NCBI GenBank assembly: GCA_052390235.1
Contig: JBQTHB010000004.1
Coordinates: 32,001 to 96,000, forward strand
DNA from: Deltaproteobacteria bacterium
GTDB lineage: Bacteria; Desulfobacterota_D; UBA1144; Nemesobacterales; CSP1-2
DNA length: 64,000 nt
Direction of reading: 5' to 3'
The notes under the pieces were generated by a model. That model was given only the letters and a program-made list of their open reading frames with translations, ran no database searches and was not told the DNA's origin. This document shows positions 1-8,459 of the stretch, piece by piece. A program made the translations under genes and the position numbers. Position 1 is the first letter of the stretch, and each line of letters starts with the position of its first letter.

Positions 1-1638
1 CCGTTCGAGTTGTACGGTTTTGTATATTCGGACGTCTCTGCGAGGGAAGCGCTTAGGTTAATAGTTCTCGGCTTGACGCTCGTAGCTCTCCTCTACGGAT
101 TGAGCGGCTATATGAGAAAAACCAGCCTCGCCGCTGTGAGCAGGGGCTATGTCGGAGGGCTAACGAAGGGCTTAATTGGGAAAATGGGGGAGATGTCGCT
201 GGATATTCACGGCAGATTCGGCGCGGGCGAACTTCTAAGCCGTGCGACCTCCGATACGGAAGCCACAAGGCGGTTTATAGAGAGCGTATTTGTAAAATCC
301 GCAACAAATGCGGCGAGAGTGGCGTATCCCCTGCTTATGCTCATATTAATTGATCCAACGCTCACTCTCCTCGCCGTATCTGTGATACCCGCGCAGTGGA
401 TAATTACCGAAATCCTCCAAAAAAAGCTCCGTAAGGCGTCAAAATCGGCAAGGGTGGCGAGGTCTAAATTCTCGACTGCCGTCAAGCAAAACCTCGACGC
501 TATTGAGACCATTAAAACCTCCGGCGCCGAGCGCTATAGCCTCATGAATGTAGTTTGGCGCGCGGACGAGTTTGAGTCCGAAGAGCTTCGGGCAAATAAA
601 TACACGGCCATGATAACGGGTTCTGTTTGGCTTTCCACGAGCCTGGGGCTTGCGCTTACGTGGTGGCAGGGCGGGATGATGGTTCTCGGCGCAGAGATGA
701 GCCTTGGAACTCTGGTCGAGTTCACGGGGTTTGCGGCTTTTATTTATATGCCGATGCGCAGGTTTACAAATATTCTCAGTGTATATCACAAAGGGGTCGT
801 AGCCTTGGAGCGAATACAGGAGATTCTGGAAATGGACTCTTCAGTGCGTGATTCTGCCCTAGCCCGCCCGCTCAAGATTACAAACAGTGAAATTGAATTT
901 AGAGACGTTTCATTCACTTACGGCGGTAGGGATACGCTCAAAAATATTAGTCTCGGCATTAGACCCAGAGGGATAACCGCGATAATAGGCGCTAGCGGTT
1001 CGGGAAAGAGTTCACTTCTCAAATTAATTGCAAGGCTCTACGACCCGTCCGAGGGAGCAGTTTTGATGGACGGGCAGGACATCAAGGCAGTTACTCTTGC
1101 CTCGCTAAGGGAGAAAATTGCATTTGTGCCTCAGAAGCCATTTATTTTCAGCGCTTCTGTGATGGAAAACGTGCGTCTCGCTAAACCAGAGGCGACCGAG
1201 CGCGAGGTAGCCGCCGCGTGTCAAGCCGCCTCCGCCCTTGAATTTATAATGAAACTAGAGCGCGGATTCAACACCACTATTGGAGAGGGGTCCGTAAACC
1301 TCTCAGGCGGGGAGGCGCAGAGAATAGCCATTGCAAGAGCGCTCCTGAGGATGCCGTGGATACTGCTCTTGGATGAACCCACCTCGGCTCTCGACCCGGA
1401 ATCAAGCGCCGCCGTGATGAGAACGCTCAATCTGATTAAACACGACACTACCGTGGTTATCATAGCACACGATATAGCAACTCTGCGCCAAGCCGATAGA
1501 CTTGTCCTAATGGACTGCGGCAGGGTTATCGCCGCTGGAACGCACGCTGAGCTAATGTCAACATCGGCTTACTATCGAAACATTTATTTCAAGGAAAACG
1601 AGGGGACTACAGATGAGAGATTTAGGATTTCATCATAA
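1..1638 (+). CDS. ABC exporter, fused permease + ATPase (ABCB/MsbA-like), probably 5'-truncated by the window edge
   Basis: Frame is open from base 1. TM segments are followed by Walker A GASGSGKS, signature LSGGEAQR, Walker B LLLDEPT and H-loop IAH. Confidence 0.9.
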   Translation, partial: PFELYGFVYSDVSAREALRLIVLGLTLVALLYGLSGYMRKTSLAAVSRGYVGGLTKGLIGKMGEMSLDIHGRFGAGELLSRATSDTEATRRFIESVFVKSATNAARVAYPLLMLILIDPTLTLLAVSVIPAQWIITEILQKKLRKASKSARVARSKFSTAVKQNLDAIETIKTSGAERYSLMNVVWRADEFESEELRANKYTAMITGSVWLSTSLGLALTWWQGGMMVLGAEMSLGTLVEFTGFAAFIYMPMRRFTNILSVYHKGVVALERIQEILEMDSSVRDSALARPLKITNSEIEFRDVSFTYGGRDTLKNISLGIRPRGITAIIGASGSGKSSLLKLIARLYDPSEGAVLMDGQDIKAVTLASLREKIAFVPQKPFIFSASVMENVRLAKPEATEREVAAACQAASALEFIMKLERGFNTTIGEGSVNLSGGEAQRIAIARALLRMPWILLLDEPTSALDPESSAAVMRTLNLIKHDTTVVIIAHDIATLRQADRLVLMDCGRVIAAGTHAELMSTSAYYRNIYFKENEGTTDERFRISS

Positions 1639-2923
1639 TCCATCGGCTATGCGGCTCGGTTCGACTATATGCGGATATTCCGAGCTGGGCGCGCCGCTTA
1701 CCGTATTTCATCTCCGTGGAGAAGGGGACTGCCTCAGAGTGTTTATCATTGCCGGTCAGCATGGGGATGAACCCTCAGCAGTGGCGGCGGCATCGCGGTT
1801 TATCGAGGCCGCGGCGCAGGGACTTGCCCCAGAGCTTCAATCCTTTGAAATTGCCGTGCTTTCTAATGCAAACCCCGACGGCTCTGCGCAGAATACACGC
1901 CGCAATGCAAGAGGGGTTGACCTCAACCGCGACCACGAAATTCTATCGAGTAAGGAGACGCTCTCCATTCATAGTTTCGTGCGCTCGTGGAAGCCGCAAG
2001 TTGTCGTTGACCTGCACAACTACCCTCCGAGGAGAAAGCGCCTGCTCGCGCGAAACCTCGTTTATTGCCACGACATATTAATTGATTTCGTTACTAACCC
2101 GGCGGCTTGTTTGGTCAATGCGGATAATTTCACCTCGTCGGTAACCCAGGCTCTAGCCGGATTGGGATACGAAGCCGCAAGGTACGCCCTGGTGAGATCA
2201 TCGGGCGGGGTTAGGCACAGCACCCCAGACGTGGTTGACGCTAGAAACTCCATTGCCCTCCGTTACGGAGTGCCAACGGTCTTAATCGAGGGGAAATCGC
2301 CGAAGCGCAAAGCCAGCCCTGAAACCCAGGAGCGCGCGGTTTCGGCTCAGACCGCCGCTTTATTTGAAGCGCTTAGGCGTATTCGGGAGCTAATTCCGTC
2401 AAAAAATAGCGCCTCCACAGACGATTCTGTCCCGATTCGCTCGCGCTATGTCCGCTCCAGCGAGCCTTGCAGAATGAACTTTCGCATCGCCAAGACCAAC
2501 CGAGTCGAGGAGGTCGCGTTTATCAATTATACTCCGGCACTAAATATCACTAAGACAGTTTGCCCCCCCTTGGCTTACGCTGTGCCGGAGGGAAAAATTG
2601 AAGCGCTCGAGACGCTTGGGAGGCATGGATTTTCATGTTTCTATCTCCCCTCTCTGAGCGGGCTAAGGGTTGAGGGCTATTTTATTGAATCCGTAAACAA
2701 CTCTGCTCGTCCACGCCGTTCTCCGAGGAGCGTTTCTGTCTCAAAGAGAGAGTTATGCCACTCAAACGGAGGGTTCTTCATTTTTCCCGCCGATGGACAC
2801 GGCAGGGGCGCTCTTTGCGTATATCTCGAACCTGAGTCCAAATATGGAATACACAGATATAAAAATCTGAATCTGCGGATAGCCGAGGGAGAGATTTATC
2901 CAATTTTGAGGGTTATTGGCTAG
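1613..2923 (+). CDS. M14-family zinc carboxypeptidase/amidase with C-terminal extension
   Basis: QHGDE (HxxE), NPDG, RRNARGVDLNRD and DLH motifs. Overlaps the end of the ABC gene and has a GAGGGG SD. Confidence 0.85.
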   Translation: MRDLGFHHNPSAMRLGSTICGYSELGAPLTVFHLRGEGDCLRVFIIAGQHGDEPSAVAAASRFIEAAAQGLAPELQSFEIAVLSNANPDGSAQNTRRNARGVDLNRDHEILSSKETLSIHSFVRSWKPQVVVDLHNYPPRRKRLLARNLVYCHDILIDFVTNPAACLVNADNFTSSVTQALAGLGYEAARYALVRSSGGVRHSTPDVVDARNSIALRYGVPTVLIEGKSPKRKASPETQERAVSAQTAALFEALRRIRELIPSKNSASTDDSVPIRSRYVRSSEPCRMNFRIAKTNRVEEVAFINYTPALNITKTVCPPLAYAVPEGKIEALETLGRHGFSCFYLPSLSGLRVEGYFIESVNNSARPRRSPRSVSVSKRELCHSNGGFFIFPADGHGRGALCVYLEPESKYGIHRYKNLNLRIAEGEIYPILRVIG

Positions 2924-2980
2924 ATACTTAACCACCTCTGCGTCAACAGGTCTGAAAAATATCACAATGGAGGCAAGTCC

Positions 2981-3478
2981 ATGGTATCGCGCATATATAA
3001 TAAAATCGCCCGCGCCGCCGCTGGAAAATCCGCCGCCTGTTTGCTAAGCGCGCTGGCTATTTTAGCTGTGCTTCTGCCTATAGTTCAAAATTGGAAAGAG
3101 CGCCCGCAAGACGGTTTCCCGCTTTCATACTATCCTATGTTCTCCGCTGAACGCTCGGGGGGCGAGAAGGTGGTTCGCATAACGGGCTATGATAGCCGAG
3201 GTGAACAAATCGTTATCCACTACGGGTACGCCGGCACCGGGGGCTTAAATCAGGTGCGCCGACAGATACGCAAAACCGTGAGAGAGGGCAGAGCCGAAGA
3301 GCTTTGCGTCGCAGTGAGTCGCAACTTAGCCGCATCCCCCAAAAAGCACTATGCCAGATTAGAGACGATTCAAATTGTAACCTCGGAGTACCGCTTCGAT
3401 GATTTCTTCGCTGGAAATAAGACTCCGGTATCCGAGAAAATTCACGCCGTTTGTGCGGCTAAGAGGGACTCAATATGA
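2981..3478 (+). CDS. Membrane-anchored hypothetical protein, probable HTTM partner (SdpA-like position)
   Basis: GGAGG SD, one N-terminal TM, motif DGFPLSYYPMFS. Overlaps the HTTM gene by ATGA. Confidence 0.65.
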   Translation: MVSRIYNKIARAAAGKSAACLLSALAILAVLLPIVQNWKERPQDGFPLSYYPMFSAERSGGEKVVRITGYDSRGEQIVIHYGYAGTGGLNQVRRQIRKTVREGRAEELCVAVSRNLAASPKKHYARLETIQIVTSEYRFDDFFAGNKTPVSEKIHAVCAAKRDSI

Positions 3479-4797
3479 AAATCATCGCTCAAGCCCTCGA
3501 TAGATTCTGGTTCATCCCCGCGCCGCCGGAGAGAATAGCGCTTCTTCGGATTTTTATAGGTGCGTACGGACTTGCGTATTTGCTCCCCCGCTATGAAATG
3601 TTTATGGAAATTGCCGCCTCCGATTCTCTGCTCTTCAGTCCGGTGGGAGCGGCGAGGATTCTTGAAAATCCGATGTCGGCATGGCTGTTTCAATTTCTGC
3701 TCATATTTATGCTGGCGATGAACGTTTGTTTTATGCTCGGATGGAAGCGCCGATACACAGGGCCTATATTCGGGGTTCTGCTCCTTTGGGTTCTGTCTTA
3801 TAGGAACTCGTGGTCTATGATTTATCACAGCGATAATCTGCTGGTTTTTCACGTCCTGATTCTCGGATTTACCCGCTCTGCTGACGCGCTGTCGCTGGAT
3901 TCAGCTTTTGGCGGGCATAGATCGGCTGAAAATGAGGCATCAAGCGCGCATTGGCGCTACAATTGGCCCATTCTTCTGATTTGCTCTATCACTCTAGTGG
4001 CTTATTTTCTTGCCGGATTCGCGAAGGTAATGGGACCTCTCGGATGGGCTTGGGCTTCGGGCGAGTCCCTTATGTCTCAGGTTGCGGTTGACGTTATAAG
4101 AAAAGAGGCGTTGGGAAGCTCCGCTCCCGAATCCATCTTTATACTCTACGGAGAGCTTTGGCTCTTTACCGCTCTGGGGGTAGGGACGCTTCTGCTCGAA
4201 CTCGGCACTCCTGCGGCGATATTGCACAGGCGGCTCGGCTCGATTTGGGCGCTCAGCGCGTTTCTCATGCACTGGGGGATTTTTTTCATTATGGAGATAA
4301 AGTTCAGGTATCAACTCACTGGGGTGGCGTTTCTGTCGTTCTTCGCCTTGGAGAGCGCCTTGTATAGACTCGGACTGCTGGAAAAAGGCGCTATCTGCGC
4401 GGGCGATAACACCCTACTTTTCGATGGAGAATGTACCTTCTGCAACGGCGTCGTGCGCTTTATTATCCAAAGGGATGCGCGTGGACGATTTAAATTCGCA
4501 TCTCTGCAGTCAGAGCGCGCTCGGCAGATTCTTCGCCCGTTTGGCTTGGGCGAATGCGGTCTTGAAACTATGGTTCTAATTGAGAACGGCAGGCTCTACA
4601 CGAAAAGCGACGCCGCCCTGAGAGTGGCAAGGGAGCTTTCGGGGCTTTATCCGCTGATTTACCCGCTTATCCTCGCGCCGAAGCCATTGAGGGATTTGCT
4701 CTATTCGTGGTTTGCGAGACGGCGATACAGGTGGTTTGGCAGACAGGAGGTTTGCCCTGTGCCAGATGCGAAATTGAGCGATAGGTTTCTCGACTGA
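3475..4797 (+). CDS. HTTM-domain (vitamin K-dependent carboxylase/SdpB-like) membrane protein fused to a DCC/DUF393 thiol-disulfide oxidoreductase
   Basis: RIALLRI, ALSLDS, YFLAGFAK and MHWGI motifs typical of HTTM. The C-terminal FDGECTFC...FASLQS...Y.WFARRRY is the DCC family pattern. Confidence 0.8.
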   Translation: MKIIAQALDRFWFIPAPPERIALLRIFIGAYGLAYLLPRYEMFMEIAASDSLLFSPVGAARILENPMSAWLFQFLLIFMLAMNVCFMLGWKRRYTGPIFGVLLLWVLSYRNSWSMIYHSDNLLVFHVLILGFTRSADALSLDSAFGGHRSAENEASSAHWRYNWPILLICSITLVAYFLAGFAKVMGPLGWAWASGESLMSQVAVDVIRKEALGSSAPESIFILYGELWLFTALGVGTLLLELGTPAAILHRRLGSIWALSAFLMHWGIFFIMEIKFRYQLTGVAFLSFFALESALYRLGLLEKGAICAGDNTLLFDGECTFCNGVVRFIIQRDARGRFKFASLQSERARQILRPFGLGECGLETMVLIENGRLYTKSDAALRVARELSGLYPLIYPLILAPKPLRDLLYSWFARRRYRWFGRQEVCPVPDAKLSDRFLD

Positions 4798-4878
4798 GTT
4801 GTTACGCACCTATATCTCTCGTATTCCGATATTCCTCAATCCCCGGCGAGCGCGCAAGTACGGCTACACCCGGCTGAC

Positions 4879-6216
4879 ATGACCCGATACCTGCTTAAAA
4901 TATTCTCGCTCCTGCTCCTGTGTAGCTCCTCCGGCGCTTCTGAGGATGGGAATATAAATTATCCTATCGAGCCGGCATCCGCTTCCGAATTTGGTTTTTT
5001 CGATGCCGATTCCCCACCTGCGCCAGAATTCGAGGTTTATAGGCATTTGACCTTCGGCGTAAAGGCGGAATTCGAGGTTGAATACGAGACAGAGATTGAC
5101 CGAAACGGCGACATTCTGGACTCTCTCGCTCTTGAAACGGCTCTTTCTGTTGCCTTTGCCTATGACCCGTCGAGGAGTTTCAGGGGGTTTATTGAATTGG
5201 AAATTTCGGGGGACGCCCTTGCCCTCTCGCCGGAGGGAAAAGGGGCGGACGCCAGTTTAGAGATAGAACAGGCGTATCTATATCTGAGTCGAATAGGCGG
5301 CAGTCGTTTTTCATTTCAAATCGGCAGACAGAGATTTAACGACGAACGCGAATGGCTCTACGATAGGGAGCTTGACGCGGCTAGGCTCTATTATGAATAC
5401 TCTGATTTACTGATAGAAATGTCGGCGAGCAGAGAAAACCTCGTTTTAAGAGATATATTCGGGGATACACAAAAGAGCGATTTCTCAAACTACTTAATAC
5501 ACGCAAGGCGCAGGTTCTCAAGCAAATCACAAGCGGCGGGATATGCGATTTTGCGCGATGGCTCTGGCGGCGAAAGCCGGCTATATCTCGGGGTTCAGTC
5601 CCACGGACGGATTCAAAGGGCAATTGAATACTGGCTCGAAGCCGCGCACATGGGCGGCAGCGACGGGACTAGTAAAGCGAGTGGATTTGCCCTCGATGTG
5701 GGCGCTTTGTACAAACCCGATGCGCCGTTTAATCCCTCAGTAACTGTCGGATTCGCTTTCGGCGCCGGCGACGGAGATACTCAAGATGGGGTCAATAAAA
5801 ATTTCAGACAAACTGGTATTCAGGATAATTCCGATAAATTCGCAGGCGTTGTGAATTTCAAATACTACGGCGAATTTCTAAATCCCGAACTGAGCAATCT
5901 CTATATACTTACTCTTGGGATAGGGATAAAGCCGACCAAGAGAAGCTCAATTGATCTCGTATATCACCGCTACCTTCAGCACAAGGCTTCCGACAGGTTT
6001 CGAGGCGCGGGTATTGACCTAAATCCGAGTGGGACGAGCAGAGATATAGGCTCTGCGGTGGATATTATTATCGGCTATGAGGAACTGGACAATACGGATA
6101 TATCGTTGAAATTCGGCTACTTCTCCCCGGGCGAGGCTTTCTCGCCGCACAGCGCCGGCGCGTTTGTCGCCGCTATTGAGCTTCAGTGCGCGCTGCGCAA
6201 ATTATCGCGTCGTTAA
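4879..6216 (+). CDS. Alginate export (AlgE-like) outer-membrane beta-barrel
   Basis: Signal peptide, QIGRQRF..EREWLYD.ELD and FRQTGIQDN...YYGE...PELSNL motifs, amphipathic beta pattern. Confidence 0.75.
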   Translation: MTRYLLKIFSLLLLCSSSGASEDGNINYPIEPASASEFGFFDADSPPAPEFEVYRHLTFGVKAEFEVEYETEIDRNGDILDSLALETALSVAFAYDPSRSFRGFIELEISGDALALSPEGKGADASLEIEQAYLYLSRIGGSRFSFQIGRQRFNDEREWLYDRELDAARLYYEYSDLLIEMSASRENLVLRDIFGDTQKSDFSNYLIHARRRFSSKSQAAGYAILRDGSGGESRLYLGVQSHGRIQRAIEYWLEAAHMGGSDGTSKASGFALDVGALYKPDAPFNPSVTVGFAFGAGDGDTQDGVNKNFRQTGIQDNSDKFAGVVNFKYYGEFLNPELSNLYILTLGIGIKPTKRSSIDLVYHRYLQHKASDRFRGAGIDLNPSGTSRDIGSAVDIIIGYEELDNTDISLKFGYFSPGEAFSPHSAGAFVAAIELQCALRKLSRR

Positions 6217-6250
6217 TTTCTCTTTCATCCCCCGTTTATAAGCCCTTAAC
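6211..6250 (+). promoter_or_regulatory. Pho-box-like array, four heptamers at 11-bp period
   Basis: CGTTAAT (6211), CTTTCAT (6222), CGTTTAT (6233) and CCTTAAC (6244), compared with the PhoB half-site CTGTCAT. Lies about 100 bp upstream of phoX. Confidence 0.55.
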
Positions 6251-6350
6251 ACTGTGCGGTGAATATTTCCCAATCGGTAGTGAGTTGCATCTCCTAAAAT
6301 TATAGAAGCTAGGGGCAACCGATATAAATTTCACGGAGGAGAGTGTATAT

Positions 6351-7835
6351 ATGAAGCAAAATCTCAGTAGAAGAACTTTTATAAAAACCTCGGCCATCGC
6401 CGCCGGCGGCGTAGCGCTTACGGCATCAACCCTCGACACATTGACTGCTCATACGGCGTGGGCGCAAAATCAGGGAATCGGAGGGCGCGGGCGCAGTCCG
6501 CAGGCAGTGGGCTACGGCGCTTTATTTCCCGCGCGCGACCAGAATAGGGAGGAGATACTAGCTCTTCCGCCCGGCTTTCAGTACATAACCTTCGGCAGGA
6601 CGGGCGAGCTTATGTCTGATGGCACGCGCACGCCGAGAAACCTCGACGGAATGGCGGCTTTTCCGGGACCAAACGGCACAATTCGCCTCATCCGAAACCA
6701 CGAGGTCAGAAACGCTCCCAACGACCTCAGGGGCGCGGTGGGTGGCCCCGCCAATACAAAATACGACCCGCTTGGCGTGGGCGGCACCGTTACACTCGAC
6801 TACGACCCCATCCGACGCAGGCTCGTCAGGGATTTTGTGAGCCTCAACGGCACGATAGTCAACTGCGCCGGGGGGTTCTCGTTTGGCGACTCTGGCTGGA
6901 TAACCTGCGAAGAGACGGTCGCTGGGCCAAATCAGGGCTGGGGTCAGAAGCACGGCTATTCATTTCTGGTTCCCGCTTCTGCTAACTCCGCAGTGTCAGC
7001 ATCGCCGATAACTGCGATGGGGCGGTTTTCTCACGAGGCGTGCGTCGCGGATTTCAATGGCATAGTCTATCAAACCGAGGACGCGGGCTCCGGCAGAGGG
7101 AGCGGCTTTTACCGCTATATCCCCAATAATCCGAACAACCTCCTTGCTGGAGGCAGTCTCCAAATTTTGGCTATAAAGAACATTCCCCAGTACGACACTC
7201 GCGAGGGACAGACCGTCGGGCAGGTTTTCCCAATCGAGTGGGTAGCTATAACCACACCGGATCCAGACCTCGAAAATGGAGCAACGAGCGTGTTCAATCA
7301 GGGATTCGCCCAAGGAGCGGCTTTATTCAACCGCCTTGAAGGGATTTGGCGCGGAGATGACGGCTCGATATTCTTCGTTTCCACAAGCGGCGGCGATGCC
7401 AAATCGGGAGATGTAAACTCCGACGGCTTCAGAGAGGGCTACGGTCAGCTCTGGCATTTCAGGGCGACATCCCAGAGCGCGGGTCTACTCACTCTAGTAT
7501 TTGAATCTTCAAGGCAGAGCGAGCTTGACTCCCCGGACAATATCGTGGTAACGCCTAGAGGAGGAATCTTATTTTGCGAAGACGACGCCGGTGGGAACGA
7601 CGACGACACCCATCCGCTTGCCCCGGGGGTTACTGACGTAAACAGGCTCATCGGGCTTACCCCTAAGGGAGAGCCGTTTGAATTTGCCGTGAACCGTCTG
7701 AGCGATTTTGAGTTTGCGGGGGCTTGCTTCAGCCCGGACGGAAACATACTTTTCGTAAATATCTTCGGCAACGGCGAGCCGAGAAGCGGAATGACCTGCG
7801 CCATAACGGGCCCATGGAGACGAGGCCCGCTGTAA
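6351..7835 (+). CDS. phoX: Tat-exported PhoX/DUF839 alkaline phosphatase
   Basis: SRRTFIK Tat motif; DGMA, RNHE, NCAGG, TCEE, GRFSHEA, FNRLEG, SPDN, CED and EFAG motifs. Confidence 0.85.
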   Translation: MKQNLSRRTFIKTSAIAAGGVALTASTLDTLTAHTAWAQNQGIGGRGRSPQAVGYGALFPARDQNREEILALPPGFQYITFGRTGELMSDGTRTPRNLDGMAAFPGPNGTIRLIRNHEVRNAPNDLRGAVGGPANTKYDPLGVGGTVTLDYDPIRRRLVRDFVSLNGTIVNCAGGFSFGDSGWITCEETVAGPNQGWGQKHGYSFLVPASANSAVSASPITAMGRFSHEACVADFNGIVYQTEDAGSGRGSGFYRYIPNNPNNLLAGGSLQILAIKNIPQYDTREGQTVGQVFPIEWVAITTPDPDLENGATSVFNQGFAQGAALFNRLEGIWRGDDGSIFFVSTSGGDAKSGDVNSDGFREGYGQLWHFRATSQSAGLLTLVFESSRQSELDSPDNIVVTPRGGILFCEDDAGGNDDDTHPLAPGVTDVNRLIGLTPKGEPFEFAVNRLSDFEFAGACFSPDGNILFVNIFGNGEPRSGMTCAITGPWRRGPL

Positions 7836-7856
7836 TCGCCGGAAACCTCTAATAAA

Positions 7857-7890
7857 CCCCAAGCTCCGGCATCTGGCGCGGGGCTTGGGG
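7857..7890 (+). terminator. GC-rich hairpin after phoX, possible terminator
   Basis: CCCCAAGCTCC...GGGGCTTGGGG stem; weak U-tract. Confidence 0.35.
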
Positions 7891-7966
7891 GGTTGAATCC
7901 GTTCATAATATTTGGCAGTGCGAGCAAATTCTCCACTGCCATTTTATTTTTTCTCTATTTGGGCGG

Positions 7967-8053
7967 TTGACTTGCTTCGGATGTTCGCTATACTCTAAAT
8001 TTAGGTTCATAAAGATATAAATTTAGGCTTGCCAAAATCCCTAATGAACCTAA
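7967..8053 (+). promoter_or_regulatory. Sigma70-like promoter with DtxR/MntR-like operator repeats upstream of the czc-like operon
   Basis: TTGACT-N16-TATACT; palindrome CTAAATTTAG (7995-8004); TTAGGCTTGCCAAA (8023-8036); perfect inverted repeat TTAGGTTCAT (8001-8010)/ATGAACCTAA (8044-8053). Confidence 0.55.
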
Positions 8054-8060
8054 TCGCCCG

Positions 8061-8399
8061 ATGGATACCCGCGCATCATTATTAGCCCTCCTGCTTTTTC
8101 TCTCGGCGGTCGCCGTGTGCGAGTCTCCGTTTCAGGACGGCGCTTTTCACAGGGACTGTCTCTCGAGCGCGCATTGCCTCTTCTCGGTTTCCTCGGATTC
8201 CCAAAGCTCTCACCTCCCCTATGTCCCCGTCAGCCACTGCCATACCGGCGCCTCATGCCCTCACCATTTCACCAAACTTGACGCCGCAGGCGTATTAATT
8301 CTGCCAAGCGTATCCATCCTAAAAATGTCCATCGGATACGAAGCGCCAGAAAATACTTTAGCAAAGCCTATTTTTAACCCCCCGAGACCCCTCCTCTAG
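8061..8399 (+). CDS. Small His/Cys-rich exported protein, CzcI/DUF2946-like leader ORF
   Basis: Hydrophobic N-terminus, HCH..CPHH, C-terminal PIFNPPRP. Sits directly upstream of czcC. Confidence 0.55.
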   Translation: MDTRASLLALLLFLSAVAVCESPFQDGAFHRDCLSSAHCLFSVSSDSQSSHLPYVPVSHCHTGASCPHHFTKLDAAGVLILPSVSILKMSIGYEAPENTLAKPIFNPPRPLL

Positions 8400-8459
8400 C
8401 CTCTTGGCTGTGCCGTAATCCACACATCTCAGACAAAACCCTATGAGGAGGTACTAGGA

